Shown here in pieces: positions 27,295 to 37,581 of a stretch of DNA of 64,000 nt; the stretch's first letter is position 1; the number at the start of each line of letters is the position of its first letter. This DNA comes from Micrococcus sp. (GTDB taxonomy: Bacteria > Actinomycetota > Actinomycetes > Actinomycetales > Micrococcaceae), in NCBI GenBank assembly GCA_029961105.1, contig JASBVO010000012.1, forward strand, positions 90,501 through 154,500, read 5' to 3'. The translations under genes and the position numbers were made by a program. The notes beneath the pieces are model-generated. The model saw nothing but the letters and a program-made list of their open reading frames with translations, was not told the DNA's origin and searched no databases.

Positions 27295-29358
27295 ATGAAA
27301 CAGTTGCTGACCATGACGACCCACACCGCCGCCGCCACCGGCACCGATGCCAATCCGCTGCTGACGCCGTCCGCCCTGCCCTACGGCCTGCCGGACTTCC
27401 GGGCGATCCGGGACGAGCATTTCCTGCCTGCCTTCCGGGCGGGCATGGCCGCGCACCGGACCGAGCTGGAGGCCCTCGCCACGGACCCGGCACCGGCCAC
27501 CTTCGAGAACACGGTCCTGGCCTTCGAGCGCTCCGGCCGGCCGCTGCGCTGGGTGTCCATGGTCTTCTCCCACCTGGTGGCGGCCGACGGCACGGACGCC
27601 CGCCACCGGATCGACGAGGAGATCAGCCCGGAGCTCGCGGCCCACGAGGACGCGATCCACCTCGACGAGCGCCTCTACCGGCGGCTGGCCGCCGTGGACG
27701 TGGACGCACTGGCCGGGGAGGACCACCGGCTGGCCGAGGAGACCCTGAGGGCCTTCCGGTTGCGCGGGGCGGACCTGGATGCGGCGGCCAAGCAACGCCT
27801 GGCCGCCATCAACGAGCGCCTGGCCGTGCTGTCCGCCCAGTACGGCAGGCGCATGGTGGCCGGCAACACCGCCGCGGCCGTCTGGTTCTCCTCCGCCACC
27901 GAACTGGCGGGGCTCTCCGCGCAGGACCTCGCCTCGGCGGCGGAGGCGGCCCGCGCCGCCGGGCACGACGCCGGCTACCTCCTGACGCTGTCCATGTTCA
28001 CCTCCCAGCCCTGGCTCGAGACCCTCGAGGACCGGGACGCCCGGCGGCGGGTGCACGAGGCCGCCTGGCAGCGCGGCAGCACCGCCGGCGAGCACCTGAC
28101 CCTGGACCTGGCGGTGGAGCAGGCGGCCCTGCGCGCCGAGAAGGCCGGACTGCTGGGCTGCTCCAGCTGGGCCGAGTACGCCCTGCAGGACCGCACGGCC
28201 CCGGACCTGGCGGCCGTGCGTGAGCTGCTGGGGCGCATCATCCCGGCCGCCGCCGCGAACGCCCGCCGGGAGAAGGCGGACGTGGAGTCCGCTGCCGGAC
28301 ACCAGGTCGAGCCGTGGGACTGGCCCTTCTACGCGGCCCGGATCGAGCGGGAGACATACCGCGTGGACGCCTCCGGGCTCCGGGCGTACCTCGAACTCGA
28401 CCGGGTGCTGGCCGAGGGCGTCTTCGCGGCCGCCACCGCCCTGTACGGCATCACCTTCCGCGAGCGCCCGGAGCTGGTCGGCTACCGGCCGGACGTGCGC
28501 GTCTGGGAGGTGCTGGACGCGGACGGCGGCGGGCTGGGACTGTTCGTCGGGGACTTCTTCACCCGGCCGACGAAGTCCGGCGGGGCCTGGATGAACTCGT
28601 TCCGCGAGGCCTCCACCCTCTTCGGCGAGCGTCCCGTGGTCACCAACACCCTGAACATCCCGGCACCGGCCGAGGGTGAACCGGCGCTGCTGACCGTGGA
28701 CGAGGTCCGCACCCTGTTCCACGAGTTCGGCCACGCCCTGCACGGACTGCTGTCCACGGCCCGCTATGCCTCCCTGTCCGGGACCTCGGTGCCGCGGGAC
28801 TTCGTGGAGTTCCCCTCCCAGGTCAACGAGATGTGGATGTACTGGCCGGAGGTCGTCACGGCGTACGCGCGGCACGTGGACACCGGCGAGGCCATCGATC
28901 CCGGGGTGCTGGCGGCCATCGAGGCCTCCTCGCTCTGGGGCGAGGGGTTCCGCACCACGGAGTACCTGGGCGCCACCATGCTGGACCTGGCCTGGCACTC
29001 CCTGGCCCCGGGCACGGTGGTGGAGGATCCGCTGGCCTTCGAGCGCGAGGCGCTGGTGTCCGCCGGGCTGGACCCCTCCCTGGTGCCCCCGCGCTACCGC
29101 ACCGGCTACTTCAAGCACATCTTCGCCGGTGGCTACGCGGCCGGGTACTACTCCTACATCTGGTCCGAGGTGCTGGACGCGGACACTGTCGAGTGGTTCC
29201 GCTCCCAGGGCGGGCTGACGCGCCAGAACGGCGAGCGCTTCCGCGCCGAGCTGCTCTCGCGGGGCAATACCCGGGACCCGATGGAGTCCTACCGGGCCTT
29301 CCGGGGTGGGGACGCCGACCCGGAGCACCTGCTGCGGCGGCGCGGCCTGCTGGGCTGA
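27295..29358 (+). CDS. dcp: M3-family peptidyl-dipeptidase (Dcp-like zinc metallopeptidase)
   Basis: ATG 27295 has GGAGG 7 nt upstream. Zinc motif HEFGHALHG, a downstream EFPSQ, and an overall M3A-like length of 687 aa. Confidence 0.9.
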   Translation: MKQLLTMTTHTAAATGTDANPLLTPSALPYGLPDFRAIRDEHFLPAFRAGMAAHRTELEALATDPAPATFENTVLAFERSGRPLRWVSMVFSHLVAADGTDARHRIDEEISPELAAHEDAIHLDERLYRRLAAVDVDALAGEDHRLAEETLRAFRLRGADLDAAAKQRLAAINERLAVLSAQYGRRMVAGNTAAAVWFSSATELAGLSAQDLASAAEAARAAGHDAGYLLTLSMFTSQPWLETLEDRDARRRVHEAAWQRGSTAGEHLTLDLAVEQAALRAEKAGLLGCSSWAEYALQDRTAPDLAAVRELLGRIIPAAAANARREKADVESAAGHQVEPWDWPFYAARIERETYRVDASGLRAYLELDRVLAEGVFAAATALYGITFRERPELVGYRPDVRVWEVLDADGGGLGLFVGDFFTRPTKSGGAWMNSFREASTLFGERPVVTNTLNIPAPAEGEPALLTVDEVRTLFHEFGHALHGLLSTARYASLSGTSVPRDFVEFPSQVNEMWMYWPEVVTAYARHVDTGEAIDPGVLAAIEASSLWGEGFRTTEYLGATMLDLAWHSLAPGTVVEDPLAFEREALVSAGLDPSLVPPRYRTGYFKHIFAGGYAAGYYSYIWSEVLDADTVEWFRSQGGLTRQNGERFRAELLSRGNTRDPMESYRAFRGGDADPEHLLRRRGLLG

Positions 29359-29389
29359 GCCGCGTCCGCGACGACGGTGTCCGGCGGCG

Positions 29390-30805
29390 TCAGGCTGCGG
29401 TCAGCTGGGGCACGCCCGGGCGGGGCGAGGTGAGCACCGCCTGCAGCCACAACCGCACCGCCCGGTCCCACTTCTCGGGGTCCACGTTCCACTCCCGGGT
29501 GTGCCGGGCCAGCGTGAACCGGACGAAGGTCACCATCTGCGGGTTCTTCGCGGCCAGGTCCATCGAGGGCCCCACCGGGACGAAGTCGTCGTCCTCCGAG
29601 TGCAGGATCAGCGTCGGCACCCGGACCTGGTCCGCCCGTGCCACCCAGTTCATGGCCTTCAGGTCCAGCGGTGCCGCCAGTCCGGTGGCCCAGCGGCCGC
29701 CCCGGTTGCTCATGAGCCACTGACCCAGGCGACCCGCGGCCTCGGGCAGCCGGTTCAGCTTCGCCTGGTGGGCCAGCACGTCGATCCAATTGATGACGGG
29801 CCCGTCCAGCACCATGGCGGCCACGGACGAGGCCAGCTCGGAGCGGTCGGCCAGCTGCAGGCACACGGCCGCCCCCATGGACCAGCCGAACAGCACCACC
29901 TCCCGGGCGCCGTGCTCCAGGGCGTAGGCGACGGCCGCCTCGACGTCCCGCCACTCCGTGGTGCCCAGGCCGTACCGGCCGTCCCCCGCGGCCGGGGCGT
30001 CGCCGTCGTTGCGGTAGGAGATGAGCAGCGAGGTCATGCCCAGGGCCCGGGCCGAGCCGATGGCACGGATCCCCTCGGTGCGCTTGGCCCCGCGGCCGTG
30101 GACCATGATCGCCCAGACGCCCTCCCCGGGCAGCACGCGCCCGGGGGTTCCGGAGGCCGGGCCCTGCTCGGGGCCGGGGTGCGACGCCGCCGCGCTGGCG
30201 GGGCGTGCGGGACCGGTCGCCGCCGGCACCAGCCAGGCGGGGGCCGAGCCGTTCTCCACGGTGATCTTCACGTCCTCGGTCTCGTAGCCCAGCGCCCGCG
30301 GATCCGGGTAGATGAACCCGGCCCACCGGCCGCGCACCGCCGTGGACAGGTCTCCGTAGTAGACCTCCTCGACCTCGCGCTGGACGGTGCCGTCGCGCGG
30401 GTCGAACGAGGACACCGCGCCGATGCGCGCCACGCCGGCACCGCCGTTGAACACCAGGGAGTATGTCCCCGGGACGGTGGTCTCCTCGGTGACCGGCAGG
30501 ATGATCTCCAGGCCGGACTCGCCCTGGACCACGGCGAGGATCTCGAGGTCCTCGGCCGGTGTCTTCACCGGAGTCACCACGGTCCGGGCGAACAGCCCGG
30601 CCAGCCCCGAGATGGTGCCGGCGGCCACCGAGCCCGTCACCACGCCGGCGACGGCGGCCAGCGAGGACCAGCGCATGACCGGCTCCGCCTGGCCGAGTCC
30701 CTTGCGGAGGCTCCGGCCGCGCAGCCGCTCGGACAGCCCAGGCAGCCCCGGCAGCCCGGACAGGGAGGAACGCTTGGAGGTGGCACGTGGGGTCATGTGC
30801 TCCAT
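29390..30805 (-). CDS. membrane-anchored alpha/beta hydrolase (S9/prolyl-oligopeptidase-like)
   Basis: C-terminal 471 aa of the 706-aa ORF: an N-terminal TM helix ([24 protein letters not shown]), nucleophile elbow GWSMGA, and late D and H candidates ([16 protein letters not shown]). The start is ATG 30805 or 30796. Confidence 0.75.
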   Translation of the reverse strand: MEHMTPRATSKRSSLSGLPGLPGLSERLRGRSLRKGLGQAEPVMRWSSLAAVAGVVTGSVAAGTISGLAGLFARTVVTPVKTPAEDLEILAVVQGESGLEIILPVTEETTVPGTYSLVFNGGAGVARIGAVSSFDPRDGTVQREVEEVYYGDLSTAVRGRWAGFIYPDPRALGYETEDVKITVENGSAPAWLVPAATGPARPASAAASHPGPEQGPASGTPGRVLPGEGVWAIMVHGRGAKRTEGIRAIGSARALGMTSLLISYRNDGDAPAAGDGRYGLGTTEWRDVEAAVAYALEHGAREVVLFGWSMGAAVCLQLADRSELASSVAAMVLDGPVINWIDVLAHQAKLNRLPEAAGRLGQWLMSNRGGRWATGLAAPLDLKAMNWVARADQVRVPTLILHSEDDDFVPVGPSMDLAAKNPQMVTFVRFTLARHTREWNVDPEKWDRAVRLWLQAVLTSPRPGVPQLTAA

Positions 30806-30889
30806 TCTGTCCGCCCGGCGGTCCGGTGTGCCAACGTGGCCCGGAGGGCGGCGGCAGGGGCGGGAAACATCTGGCCGGTCCATGGTGTT

Positions 30890-31384
30890 ATGGGAGTCAT
30901 GAGCGATCCGCATTCCACCTCCGGCCGCCCCGAGCCCGCCCCCGACTCGCCCGTCGCCCCCGGTCACGCCGGTGACCCGGCCGCGCGGGACCGGCCGGAC
31001 TCCGAGTGGCGCGAGCGCCTGACCCCGGCCGAGTTCCAGGTCCTGCGGCAGGCCGGCACCGAGCGCCCGTTCACCGGGGAGTACTGGGACACCGAGACCG
31101 AGGGCGTCTACGCCTGCCGTGCCTGCGGCGCCGAACTGTTCCGCTCGGACACGAAGTTCGACGCCCACTGTGGCTGGCCCTCCTTCTTCGCCCCCCTCGC
31201 CGAGGACCGGGTGGAGTACATCCGGGACACCTCCATGGGCATGGAGCGCATCGAGGTGCGCTGCGCCAACTGCGGCTCCCACATGGGGCACGTCTTCCAG
31301 GGCGAGGGGTTCGGCACGCCGACGGACCTGCGCTACTGCATGAATTCCGTGTCCCTGACGCTGCAGCCGAAGGCCGGCGCGTGA
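30890..31384 (+). CDS. msrB: peptide-methionine (R)-S-oxide reductase
   Basis: I take only the last ~164 aa of the 692-aa ORF as real. These show [27 protein letters not shown], two CxxC pairs (CRACGAELF; [12 protein letters not shown]) and RYCMNS, the MsrB/SelR signature. The start is ATG 30890 or 30899. Confidence 0.93.
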   Translation: MGVMSDPHSTSGRPEPAPDSPVAPGHAGDPAARDRPDSEWRERLTPAEFQVLRQAGTERPFTGEYWDTETEGVYACRACGAELFRSDTKFDAHCGWPSFFAPLAEDRVEYIRDTSMGMERIEVRCANCGSHMGHVFQGEGFGTPTDLRYCMNSVSLTLQPKAGA

Positions 31385-32451
31385 CAGCGTCCGCTCCACG
31401 CGGCTTCGCCTCGGACAACTACGCCGGCGTCCACCCTGAGGTGCTCGCGGCCATCGCCCAGGCCAATTCCGGTCACGAGAGCGCCTACGGCGACGACTCC
31501 TGGACCGCACGCCTGCAGGACCTGGTCCGCGAGCAGTTCGGCGAGCAGGCCCAGGGGTTCCCGGTGTTCAACGGCACCGCCGCGAACGTGGTGGCACTCC
31601 AGGCGTTGCTGCCCCCGTGGGGGGCGGTGGTCTGCGCCGAGAGCGCCCACATCCACCAGGACGAGGGCGGCGCCCCGGAGCGGGTGGCCCGCACGAAGCT
31701 GTACCCCGTGCCCACCCCGGACGGCAAGCTCACCCCGGAACTGGTCGAGGCCCAGGCCCACGGCCGCGGCTTCGTCCACCGCGCCCAGCCCGCCGTCGTC
31801 GAGATCGCCCAGGTCACGGAGCTGGGCACGGTCTACACCCCCGCGGAGGTCCGCGCCCTGGCCGACCACGCCCACGGCCTGGGGATGGCGCTCTACATGG
31901 ACGGGGCCCGGCTGGCCAACGCCGCCGCGGCCCTGGGCACCTCGCTGCGGTCCTTCACCACCGACGCCGGCGTGGACATCGTCTCCTTCGGCGGCACCAA
32001 GAACGGCGCCCTGGGAGCCGAGGCCGTCGTGCTGCTCAACCCGGAGGCCGTGCAGGCCGGGCCGGAGGGGGCCGGCAAGGCGGTGGAGTATCTGCGCAAG
32101 TCCTCGATGCAGCTGGCCTCGAAGATGCGGTTCGTCTCGGCCCAGCTGGTCGCCCTGCTCACGGACGGGCTCTGGCTGCGCTCGGCCGGGCACGCCAACG
32201 CGATGGCGGCGCGGCTGGCCGAGGGCGTGCGCGGGCTCGACGGCGTCACCCTCACCCAGGAGCCGGCCGCCAACCAGGTGCTGGCCGTGGTGGACCCCGC
32301 GGTGGCCGACGCCGTGCGGTGCCGGTACGCGTTCTACGACTGGGACGCCTCCCGGGACGAGGTGCGCTGGATGACCTCCTGGGACACGACCGGGGACGAC
32401 GTGGACGGATTCATCGCCGCCCTGCGCTCGGCCCTGGCCGCCGCGGGGTGA
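31381..32451 (+). CDS. threonine aldolase family PLP-dependent enzyme
   Basis: GTG start in a GTGA overlap with the msrB stop. [17 protein letters not shown]..., and FGGTKNG carrying the PLP lysine, typical of low-specificity L-threonine aldolase / beta-eliminating lyase fold type I enzymes. Confidence 0.8.
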   Translation: MTASAPRGFASDNYAGVHPEVLAAIAQANSGHESAYGDDSWTARLQDLVREQFGEQAQGFPVFNGTAANVVALQALLPPWGAVVCAESAHIHQDEGGAPERVARTKLYPVPTPDGKLTPELVEAQAHGRGFVHRAQPAVVEIAQVTELGTVYTPAEVRALADHAHGLGMALYMDGARLANAAAALGTSLRSFTTDAGVDIVSFGGTKNGALGAEAVVLLNPEAVQAGPEGAGKAVEYLRKSSMQLASKMRFVSAQLVALLTDGLWLRSAGHANAMAARLAEGVRGLDGVTLTQEPAANQVLAVVDPAVADAVRCRYAFYDWDASRDEVRWMTSWDTTGDDVDGFIAALRSALAAAG

Positions 32452-32508
32452 GCCCCACCACGGCGCGCCGCCTGCGGATCCCCCGGGCGGGCCTTTAACG
32501 TTGACACC

Positions 32509-33111
32509 GTGACAGCCCTCGGCCACCATCCCGCAGAAGCACGGCGCCTCCCCGCAGAGTTCCGCGAGGCGCTCGCCGGACTGCGCCGCGCGCGGCACCG
32601 GCAGGAGGTCACCCTCGACGAGATCCCCGCCCCCGGACGGCTGGCCCCGTACGCCGTCGCGCTGGCCGCCGAGGTCCACGGCTCCTCAGAGTCCGTCCCT
32701 GCCGAGCTGGCCACCGGACGGTTCATCCTGCTGCACGACCCGGCCGGTTCCGAGGTGTGGCAGGGCACGTTCCGGGTGGTGACCTACATCCGGGCCTCGC
32801 TCGAGCTGGACCTGGGCAGCGATCCGATGGTCGGCGCCGTGGCGTGGACCTGGCTCGTGGAAGCGCTCGAGAACCACCACGCCCGCTACACCGAGGCCGG
32901 CGGCACGGCCACCCGCGTGCTCTCGGAGAGCTTCGGCGGGCTGGCCACGCGGCCGGACACCACCGACGTCGAGCTGCGCGCGTCCTGGACGCCGCAGGGC
33001 CCGGACTCGACCGAACACCTCGAGGCCTGGGCCGACATCGTCTGCGCCTTCGCCGGGCTGCCCCCGGTCCCGGACGGGGTGACGCCCCTGCCGCGCATCA
33101 GGAGGAACTGA
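32509..33111 (+). CDS. DUF3000 domain-containing protein
   Basis: 200 aa with EIPAPGRLAPYAVALAAEV...GRFILLHDPAGSEVWQGTFRVVTYIRA, which I recognise as the DUF3000 family. That family is characteristically adjacent to the HRDC/RNase D gene in Actinobacteria. Confidence 0.75.
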   Translation: MTALGHHPAEARRLPAEFREALAGLRRARHRQEVTLDEIPAPGRLAPYAVALAAEVHGSSESVPAELATGRFILLHDPAGSEVWQGTFRVVTYIRASLELDLGSDPMVGAVAWTWLVEALENHHARYTEAGGTATRVLSESFGGLATRPDTTDVELRASWTPQGPDSTEHLEAWADIVCAFAGLPPVPDGVTPLPRIRRN

Positions 33112-33286
33112 CATCACCGCAGAGACCGGCCACATCCCGGACACGACCACAGCCGAGGGCCCGGCCGAGGCTGCGGCCCCGGCTCCCCGCCTGATCACCG
33201 AGCCCGCCGGCGGGATCCCCTTCGTCACCGACACCGTACAGGAGCTGCAACGGTGCGCCCGCCTGCTGGCGGCGGGAACGGGCCCC

Positions 33287-34393
33287 GTGGCGGTGGACGC
33301 CGAGCGCGCCTCGGGGTTCCGCTACGGCCAGCGGGCGTTCCTGGTCCAGCTCAAGCGCGAGGGCGCCGGCATCTGGCTCATCGACCCGGAGGCCTTCGAG
33401 GACCTCGCGATCATCCAGGAGTCCCTGGCCGGGGTCGAGTGGATCCTGCACGCGGCCACGCAGGACCTGCCCTGCCTCTCGGAGCTGGGGATGTGGCCGG
33501 ACCGGCTGTTCGACACGGAATTGGCGGGCCGGCTCCTCGGGCTGCCCCGGGTGGGGCTGGCCTCCGTGCTGGAACAGCTGCTCGGCGTCACGCTGGCCAA
33601 GGAGCACTCCGCCGCCGACTGGTCCAAGCGGCCCCTGCCGGAGGACTGGCTGCGCTATGCCGCGCTCGACGTCGAGCTGCTGGTGGAACTGCGCGCCGCC
33701 ATGGTGGGGATGCTCGAGGACTCCGGCAAGCTCGGCTGGGCCGAGGAGGAGTTCGAGGCCATCCGCACCACTCCCCCGCCGGGTCCGCGCACGGACCCGT
33801 GGCGCCGGACCTCCGGGATGCACAAGCTGCGCCGGCCCCAGCAGCTGGCGGTGGTCCGGGAGCTCTGGGAGGCCCGGGAGGCCCTGGCCCAGAACCGGGA
33901 CACCGCCCCGGGACGGCTGATCCCGGACTCGGCGATCGTCTCCGCCGCGGCCGCCCAGCCGGCCACGGTCCCGGCGCTGCTGAAGACCCCCGGCTTCCAC
34001 GGCCGGGCGGCCGCCCGGGAGGCCCCCCGCTGGCTGCGGGCCATCCAGGCCGGACAGGCGGCGGCACGGACTCCCGAGGGGCTGCCTCCCCTGCACGTGC
34101 CCAGCGACGCCCCGCCGCCGCCACGGGCGTGGAAGGACCGCAACCCGCTGGCCGACCGTCGCCTGAAGACGGCCAAGGAGTGGGTGGGCAACAAGGCCGA
34201 GGAGCTGAACCTGCCCACCGAGAACCTGCTGACCCCGGACACGCTGCGCCGGGTGTGCTGGGCACCGCCGGAGACCATCGACCCGGACTCGGTGTCCGCC
34301 GCGCTGACCGGGCTCGGCGCGCGCCCCTGGCAGGTGCGGATCACCGCACCCATCATCACCGTCGCCCTGCTGGACCCGAACCCGGCGGGCTGA
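33287..34393 (+). CDS. rnd: RNase D-like 3'-5' exonuclease with HRDC domain (coordinates are a minimum; real start probably ~33113)
   Basis: DEDD exonuclease motifs (AVDAERASGFRY, ILHAATQDLPCL, YAALDVELL) and an HRDC region (LAVVRELWEAREALAQNRDTAPGRLIPDSAI). GTG 33287 is the first canonical start, but the frame is open and coding-like from 33083 (see findings). Confidence 0.85.
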   Translation: MAVDAERASGFRYGQRAFLVQLKREGAGIWLIDPEAFEDLAIIQESLAGVEWILHAATQDLPCLSELGMWPDRLFDTELAGRLLGLPRVGLASVLEQLLGVTLAKEHSAADWSKRPLPEDWLRYAALDVELLVELRAAMVGMLEDSGKLGWAEEEFEAIRTTPPPGPRTDPWRRTSGMHKLRRPQQLAVVRELWEAREALAQNRDTAPGRLIPDSAIVSAAAAQPATVPALLKTPGFHGRAAAREAPRWLRAIQAGQAAARTPEGLPPLHVPSDAPPPPRAWKDRNPLADRRLKTAKEWVGNKAEELNLPTENLLTPDTLRRVCWAPPETIDPDSVSAALTGLGARPWQVRITAPIITVALLDPNPAG

Positions 34394-34427
34394 CCGCGGC
34401 CGGGCCGCACCGAGCCCTTGCCCTCTC

Positions 34428-34445
34428 GGTTACTGGTCCGTAACC
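34428..34445. promoter_or_regulatory. perfect palindrome GGTTAC-N6-GTAACC upstream of the fadB-like gene (candidate operator)
   Basis: GGTTACTGGTCCGTAACC lies 60-77 nt upstream of ATG 34505, in the 111-bp intergenic region. Confidence 0.3.
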
Positions 34446-34504
34446 TGAGCACGGAGCGGCCCGTGGCCCTCCCGTCCCGGCCCCGTCCCGATCCCAGGAG
34501 CAGC

Positions 34505-36730
34505 ATGTCCACCTCCGTCACCCCCTCACCGTCCGCCCGTCCCGGCGCATCGGACCGCTTCGAGGCCTACCGCGACCTCGCCGCCCGGTTCCCGGACGAG
34601 GTCGTCACCCGGGCCGAGGTCAGCGACGTCGCCCTGCCGGGCGAGGCGGGCACGCTGGCCCTGATCACCCTGGACAACCATGCCGGCCCGCGGCGTCCCA
34701 CCACGCTGGGCCCGAACACGCTGATCGGCCTCGGCGAGGTCCTCACCCACCAGGCCGAGCGCGCCCGCGCCGGTGAGATCGCCGCCGTCGGGGTGACCGG
34801 CAAGCCGGGCTTCCTGGTCGCCGGCGCGGACCTCGGCTCCATCAAGGACCTCACCGAGCCCGACGACGGCGCGCGGCTGGCCCGGCTGGGCCACGAGGTG
34901 TACGACCTGCTCACGGAGTTCCCCGTCGCCTCCTTCGCGTTCATCAACGGCCTCGCCCTCGGCGGCGGCCTGGAGCTCGCGCTGGCCGCCCAGTACCGGA
35001 CGGTCTCCTCCGGCGCGCGGGGCCTGGGCCTGCCCGAGGCGTTCATCGGGCTGGTCCCCGGCTGGGGCGGCGTGTGGAAGACGCCGCGGATCACCGGGCC
35101 GAAGGACGCGGTGACGCTGATGATCGCCAATCCGCTGCACAACAACCGGTCGATCGACGGCCGTACCGCGTACGCGATCGGCCTGGCCGACGCCCTGTTC
35201 GATCCGTCCGATGATCCGTCCGACACCACCGCGTTCGTCAACGCCTCCCTGCAGTGGGCCTCGGGCGTCGTCACCGGGGACGCCGCCACGCTGGCGGCAC
35301 TCGAGGCACAGCGGGACCGGGACCGCTCGGACGCCGCCTGGGACGAGGCCATCGCCGAGGGCCGCCGGATCGTCGCGGCGAAGACGGGCGGCCACGTCCC
35401 CGCCCCGGCCAGGGTCCTGGAACTGTTCGAGGCCGGCCGCCACCGCAGCCGCGCGGAGTCCGCCGCCGCCGAGTGCCAGGCCCTGGCGGACCTGATCCAG
35501 ACCCCGGAGTTCCACCACACCGTCTACGCCTTCCTGGACGTCGTGCAGAAGCGGTCCAAGAATCCCGCCGGGGCCCCCGATCCCGCGCTCGCCCGCCCGG
35601 TACGCACGGTCGGCGTCGTGGGCGCCGGGCTGATGGCCGGCCAGCTGGCCCTGCTCTTCGCCCAGCGGCTGCGCGTTCCCGTGGTGATGACGGATATCGA
35701 CCAGGCCCGCGTGGACCGCGGCCTGGCCTACGTGCAGTCGCAGGCGGCCACGCTCGTCTCCCGCGGCAGGCTCTCGCCCGAGGCCGGCACCGAGCTGGCC
35801 GGGCTGATCACCGGCTCGGTGTCCAAGGACGTCTACGCGGACGCCGACTTCGTGATCGAGGCGGTCTTCGAGGAGATGGGTGTCAAGAAGCAGGTCCTGG
35901 CCGAGCTGGAGGCCATCGTCCCCGCCGACTGCATCCTCGCCACCAACACGTCCTCCCTGTCCGTCACCGGGATGGCCGCGGGCCTGGCGCACCCCGAACG
36001 GCTCGTCGGCTTCCACTTCTTCAACCCGGTCGCCGCCATGCCGCTGCTCGAGATCGTCCGCGGCCCGGCCACCACGGACCGGGTGCTGGCCACCGCCTTC
36101 GCCACGGCCCGGGACCTGGGCAAGACCGCCGTGCTCGTGCAGGACGCCACCGCCTTCGTAGTGAACCGCATCCTGCTGCGCATGATGGGCGAGGTGCAGG
36201 CCTCCTTCGACGAGGGCACCCCCGCCCACGTCGCGGACCACGCCCTCGACCCGCTGGTCCTGCCCATGACACCCTTCACCCTGCTGGCCATGGTCGGCAT
36301 CCCCGTGGCCCAGCACGTCACCGAGTCCCTCAACGCCTCGTTCGGAGACCGCCGCTTCCCCGTCTCGGCCAACCTGCAGCGGCTCATCGACGCGGGCCGG
36401 ACCGCCATCTGGGCCAAGGACCTGAAGGGCGACCGGATCGAGGCGGAATCCGGCGGCGCCACGGGCGAGACGATCCCGGCCGGGACCGCGGCGATGCTGG
36501 AGCAGGGCGACGCTCCGCAGGGCGCTGAGGAGCTGCTCGTGCGCGTCCAGGACGCCCTGGCCGAGGAGATCGGCCTGATGCTGGAGGAGGGCGTGGTCGC
36601 CGATGCCCGGGACATCGACCTGTGCATGATCCTCGGCGCAGGCTGGCCGATGCACCTGGGCGGCATCACCCCGTACCTGGACCACACCGGCGCCTCCGAG
36701 CGCGTCAACGGACACCGGTTCCACGGCTGA
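34505..36730 (+). CDS. bifunctional enoyl-CoA hydratase / 3-hydroxyacyl-CoA dehydrogenase (FadB-like)
   Basis: ATG 34505 has AGGAG 4 nt upstream. N-terminal crotonase fold (FINGLALGGGLELALA), central Rossmann motif VGVVGAGLMAGQLA, and C-terminal 3HCDH domains (FHFFNPV...LLEIV). Confidence 0.9.
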   Translation: MSTSVTPSPSARPGASDRFEAYRDLAARFPDEVVTRAEVSDVALPGEAGTLALITLDNHAGPRRPTTLGPNTLIGLGEVLTHQAERARAGEIAAVGVTGKPGFLVAGADLGSIKDLTEPDDGARLARLGHEVYDLLTEFPVASFAFINGLALGGGLELALAAQYRTVSSGARGLGLPEAFIGLVPGWGGVWKTPRITGPKDAVTLMIANPLHNNRSIDGRTAYAIGLADALFDPSDDPSDTTAFVNASLQWASGVVTGDAATLAALEAQRDRDRSDAAWDEAIAEGRRIVAAKTGGHVPAPARVLELFEAGRHRSRAESAAAECQALADLIQTPEFHHTVYAFLDVVQKRSKNPAGAPDPALARPVRTVGVVGAGLMAGQLALLFAQRLRVPVVMTDIDQARVDRGLAYVQSQAATLVSRGRLSPEAGTELAGLITGSVSKDVYADADFVIEAVFEEMGVKKQVLAELEAIVPADCILATNTSSLSVTGMAAGLAHPERLVGFHFFNPVAAMPLLEIVRGPATTDRVLATAFATARDLGKTAVLVQDATAFVVNRILLRMMGEVQASFDEGTPAHVADHALDPLVLPMTPFTLLAMVGIPVAQHVTESLNASFGDRRFPVSANLQRLIDAGRTAIWAKDLKGDRIEAESGGATGETIPAGTAAMLEQGDAPQGAEELLVRVQDALAEEIGLMLEEGVVADARDIDLCMILGAGWPMHLGGITPYLDHTGASERVNGHRFHG

Positions 36731-36889
36731 GCCGGCCCGGGCGGATAATGGAGGGATGACGTCCACCGCCCGGCCAGGTCCCAGCTCCCCGTCGCGCCGC
36801 CCGTCGGGTGCCATTCCCGGCCCGACGGCGGCCCCGCGCAGGGGTGCGGGTGCGGGACGTCGCGCAGGGCCCTCCTGGAGCGCGGCGCG

Positions 36890-37294
36890 GTGCTCGGTGC
36901 GGCCGGACTGGCCACGGTGGGCCTGGCCGGCTGCACGGACGAGCTCCGCAACCGGGACGACGCGCCCTCCCACCACGTGGGCGGCACCCCGACCCGGGCG
37001 GTGCGCACGGACCGCTTGCCCGTGGGCACCTCCGCGTCGGTGTTGGTGGAGGGGCGCACCCTGCTGCTGCGGCGCGAGACGGAGGACGTGGTCCATGCGT
37101 TCTCGGCGGTCTGCACCCACCAGGGCTGCACGGTGGCGCCGGTCACCGAAGGCGGCCGGGACGTCTTCGCGTGCCCGTGCCACGGGTCCCACTTCGCGGT
37201 GGAGACCGGAGTGCCCTTCGGCGGCCCGGCCCGGAAGCCGCTGACCGAGTTCACCGCGGCCGTGGACGGCGACTGGGTGGTGGTGACCCTCTAG
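36890..37294 (+). CDS. Rieske (2Fe-2S) domain protein, probable Tat-exported lipoprotein (start problematic)
   Basis: Rieske motifs CTHQGC and CPCHGS, and a lipobox LAGC. GTG 36890 is the first canonical start, but a twin-arginine motif lies in frame upstream of it (see findings). Confidence 0.8.
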   Translation: MLGAAGLATVGLAGCTDELRNRDDAPSHHVGGTPTRAVRTDRLPVGTSASVLVEGRTLLLRRETEDVVHAFSAVCTHQGCTVAPVTEGGRDVFACPCHGSHFAVETGVPFGGPARKPLTEFTAAVDGDWVVVTL

Positions 37295-37311
37295 GGACGC
37301 CGGCGGCGGGG

Positions 37312-37581
37312 CTACTGCCCGGCACCCGGCCGCCGCGGTGGGTTGACGATGACCTCGCGGCGGTTCGGATCCCACTGCGGCTGCTCGGCCTTGCGCTGCG
37401 GATAGTAGGAGAACCGCCACCACAGCCAGACCGCGGGCCCGATGACCGGTAGCAGGAACATCGCGAAGGCCCACGGGATCCGCCGGGCCGGATCCAGGGG
37501 GGACCGCGACAGGGACGCCAGGGCGGCCACCAGCATCCCCACGACGACGACGGCCACCACCCACATCAGGGCCTCGACCAT
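37312..37581 (-). CDS. small membrane protein with PLD-nuclease-N-terminal-like (PLDc_N) domain
   Basis: 89 aa from ATG 37581 (ATGA overlap with the reductase stop). Two TM helices and a WAFAMFLLPVIGPAVWLWW motif typical of PLDc_N small proteins. Confidence 0.7.
   Translation of the reverse strand: MVEALMWVVAVVVVGMLVAALASLSRSPLDPARRIPWAFAMFLLPVIGPAVWLWWRFSYYPQRKAEQPQWDPNRREVIVNPPRRPGAGQ

Noticed and set aside
27151-29328. Upstream 726 codons of the 977-aa minus-strand ORF that ends in yebC
   Set aside because: YebC begins at GTG 27150 with a strong GGGAGGAG SD and its invariant AGHSKWA N-terminus. The upstream part is antisense to the well-supported dcp gene.
29306-30889. Upstream part of the 692-aa plus ORF ending in msrB, and the upstream part (30806-31510) of the 706-aa minus ORF ending in the hydrolase
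   Set aside because: Only the C-terminal portions show family motifs. The remainders are mutually antisense junk translations.
36756-37244. 162-aa ORF from ATG 36756 as an independent gene
   Set aside because: Beyond the first ~35 codons it is out of frame over the clear Rieske domain and translates to Arg/Pro/Trp-rich nonsense. It is relevant only as a possible displaced start for the Rieske gene (see finding).
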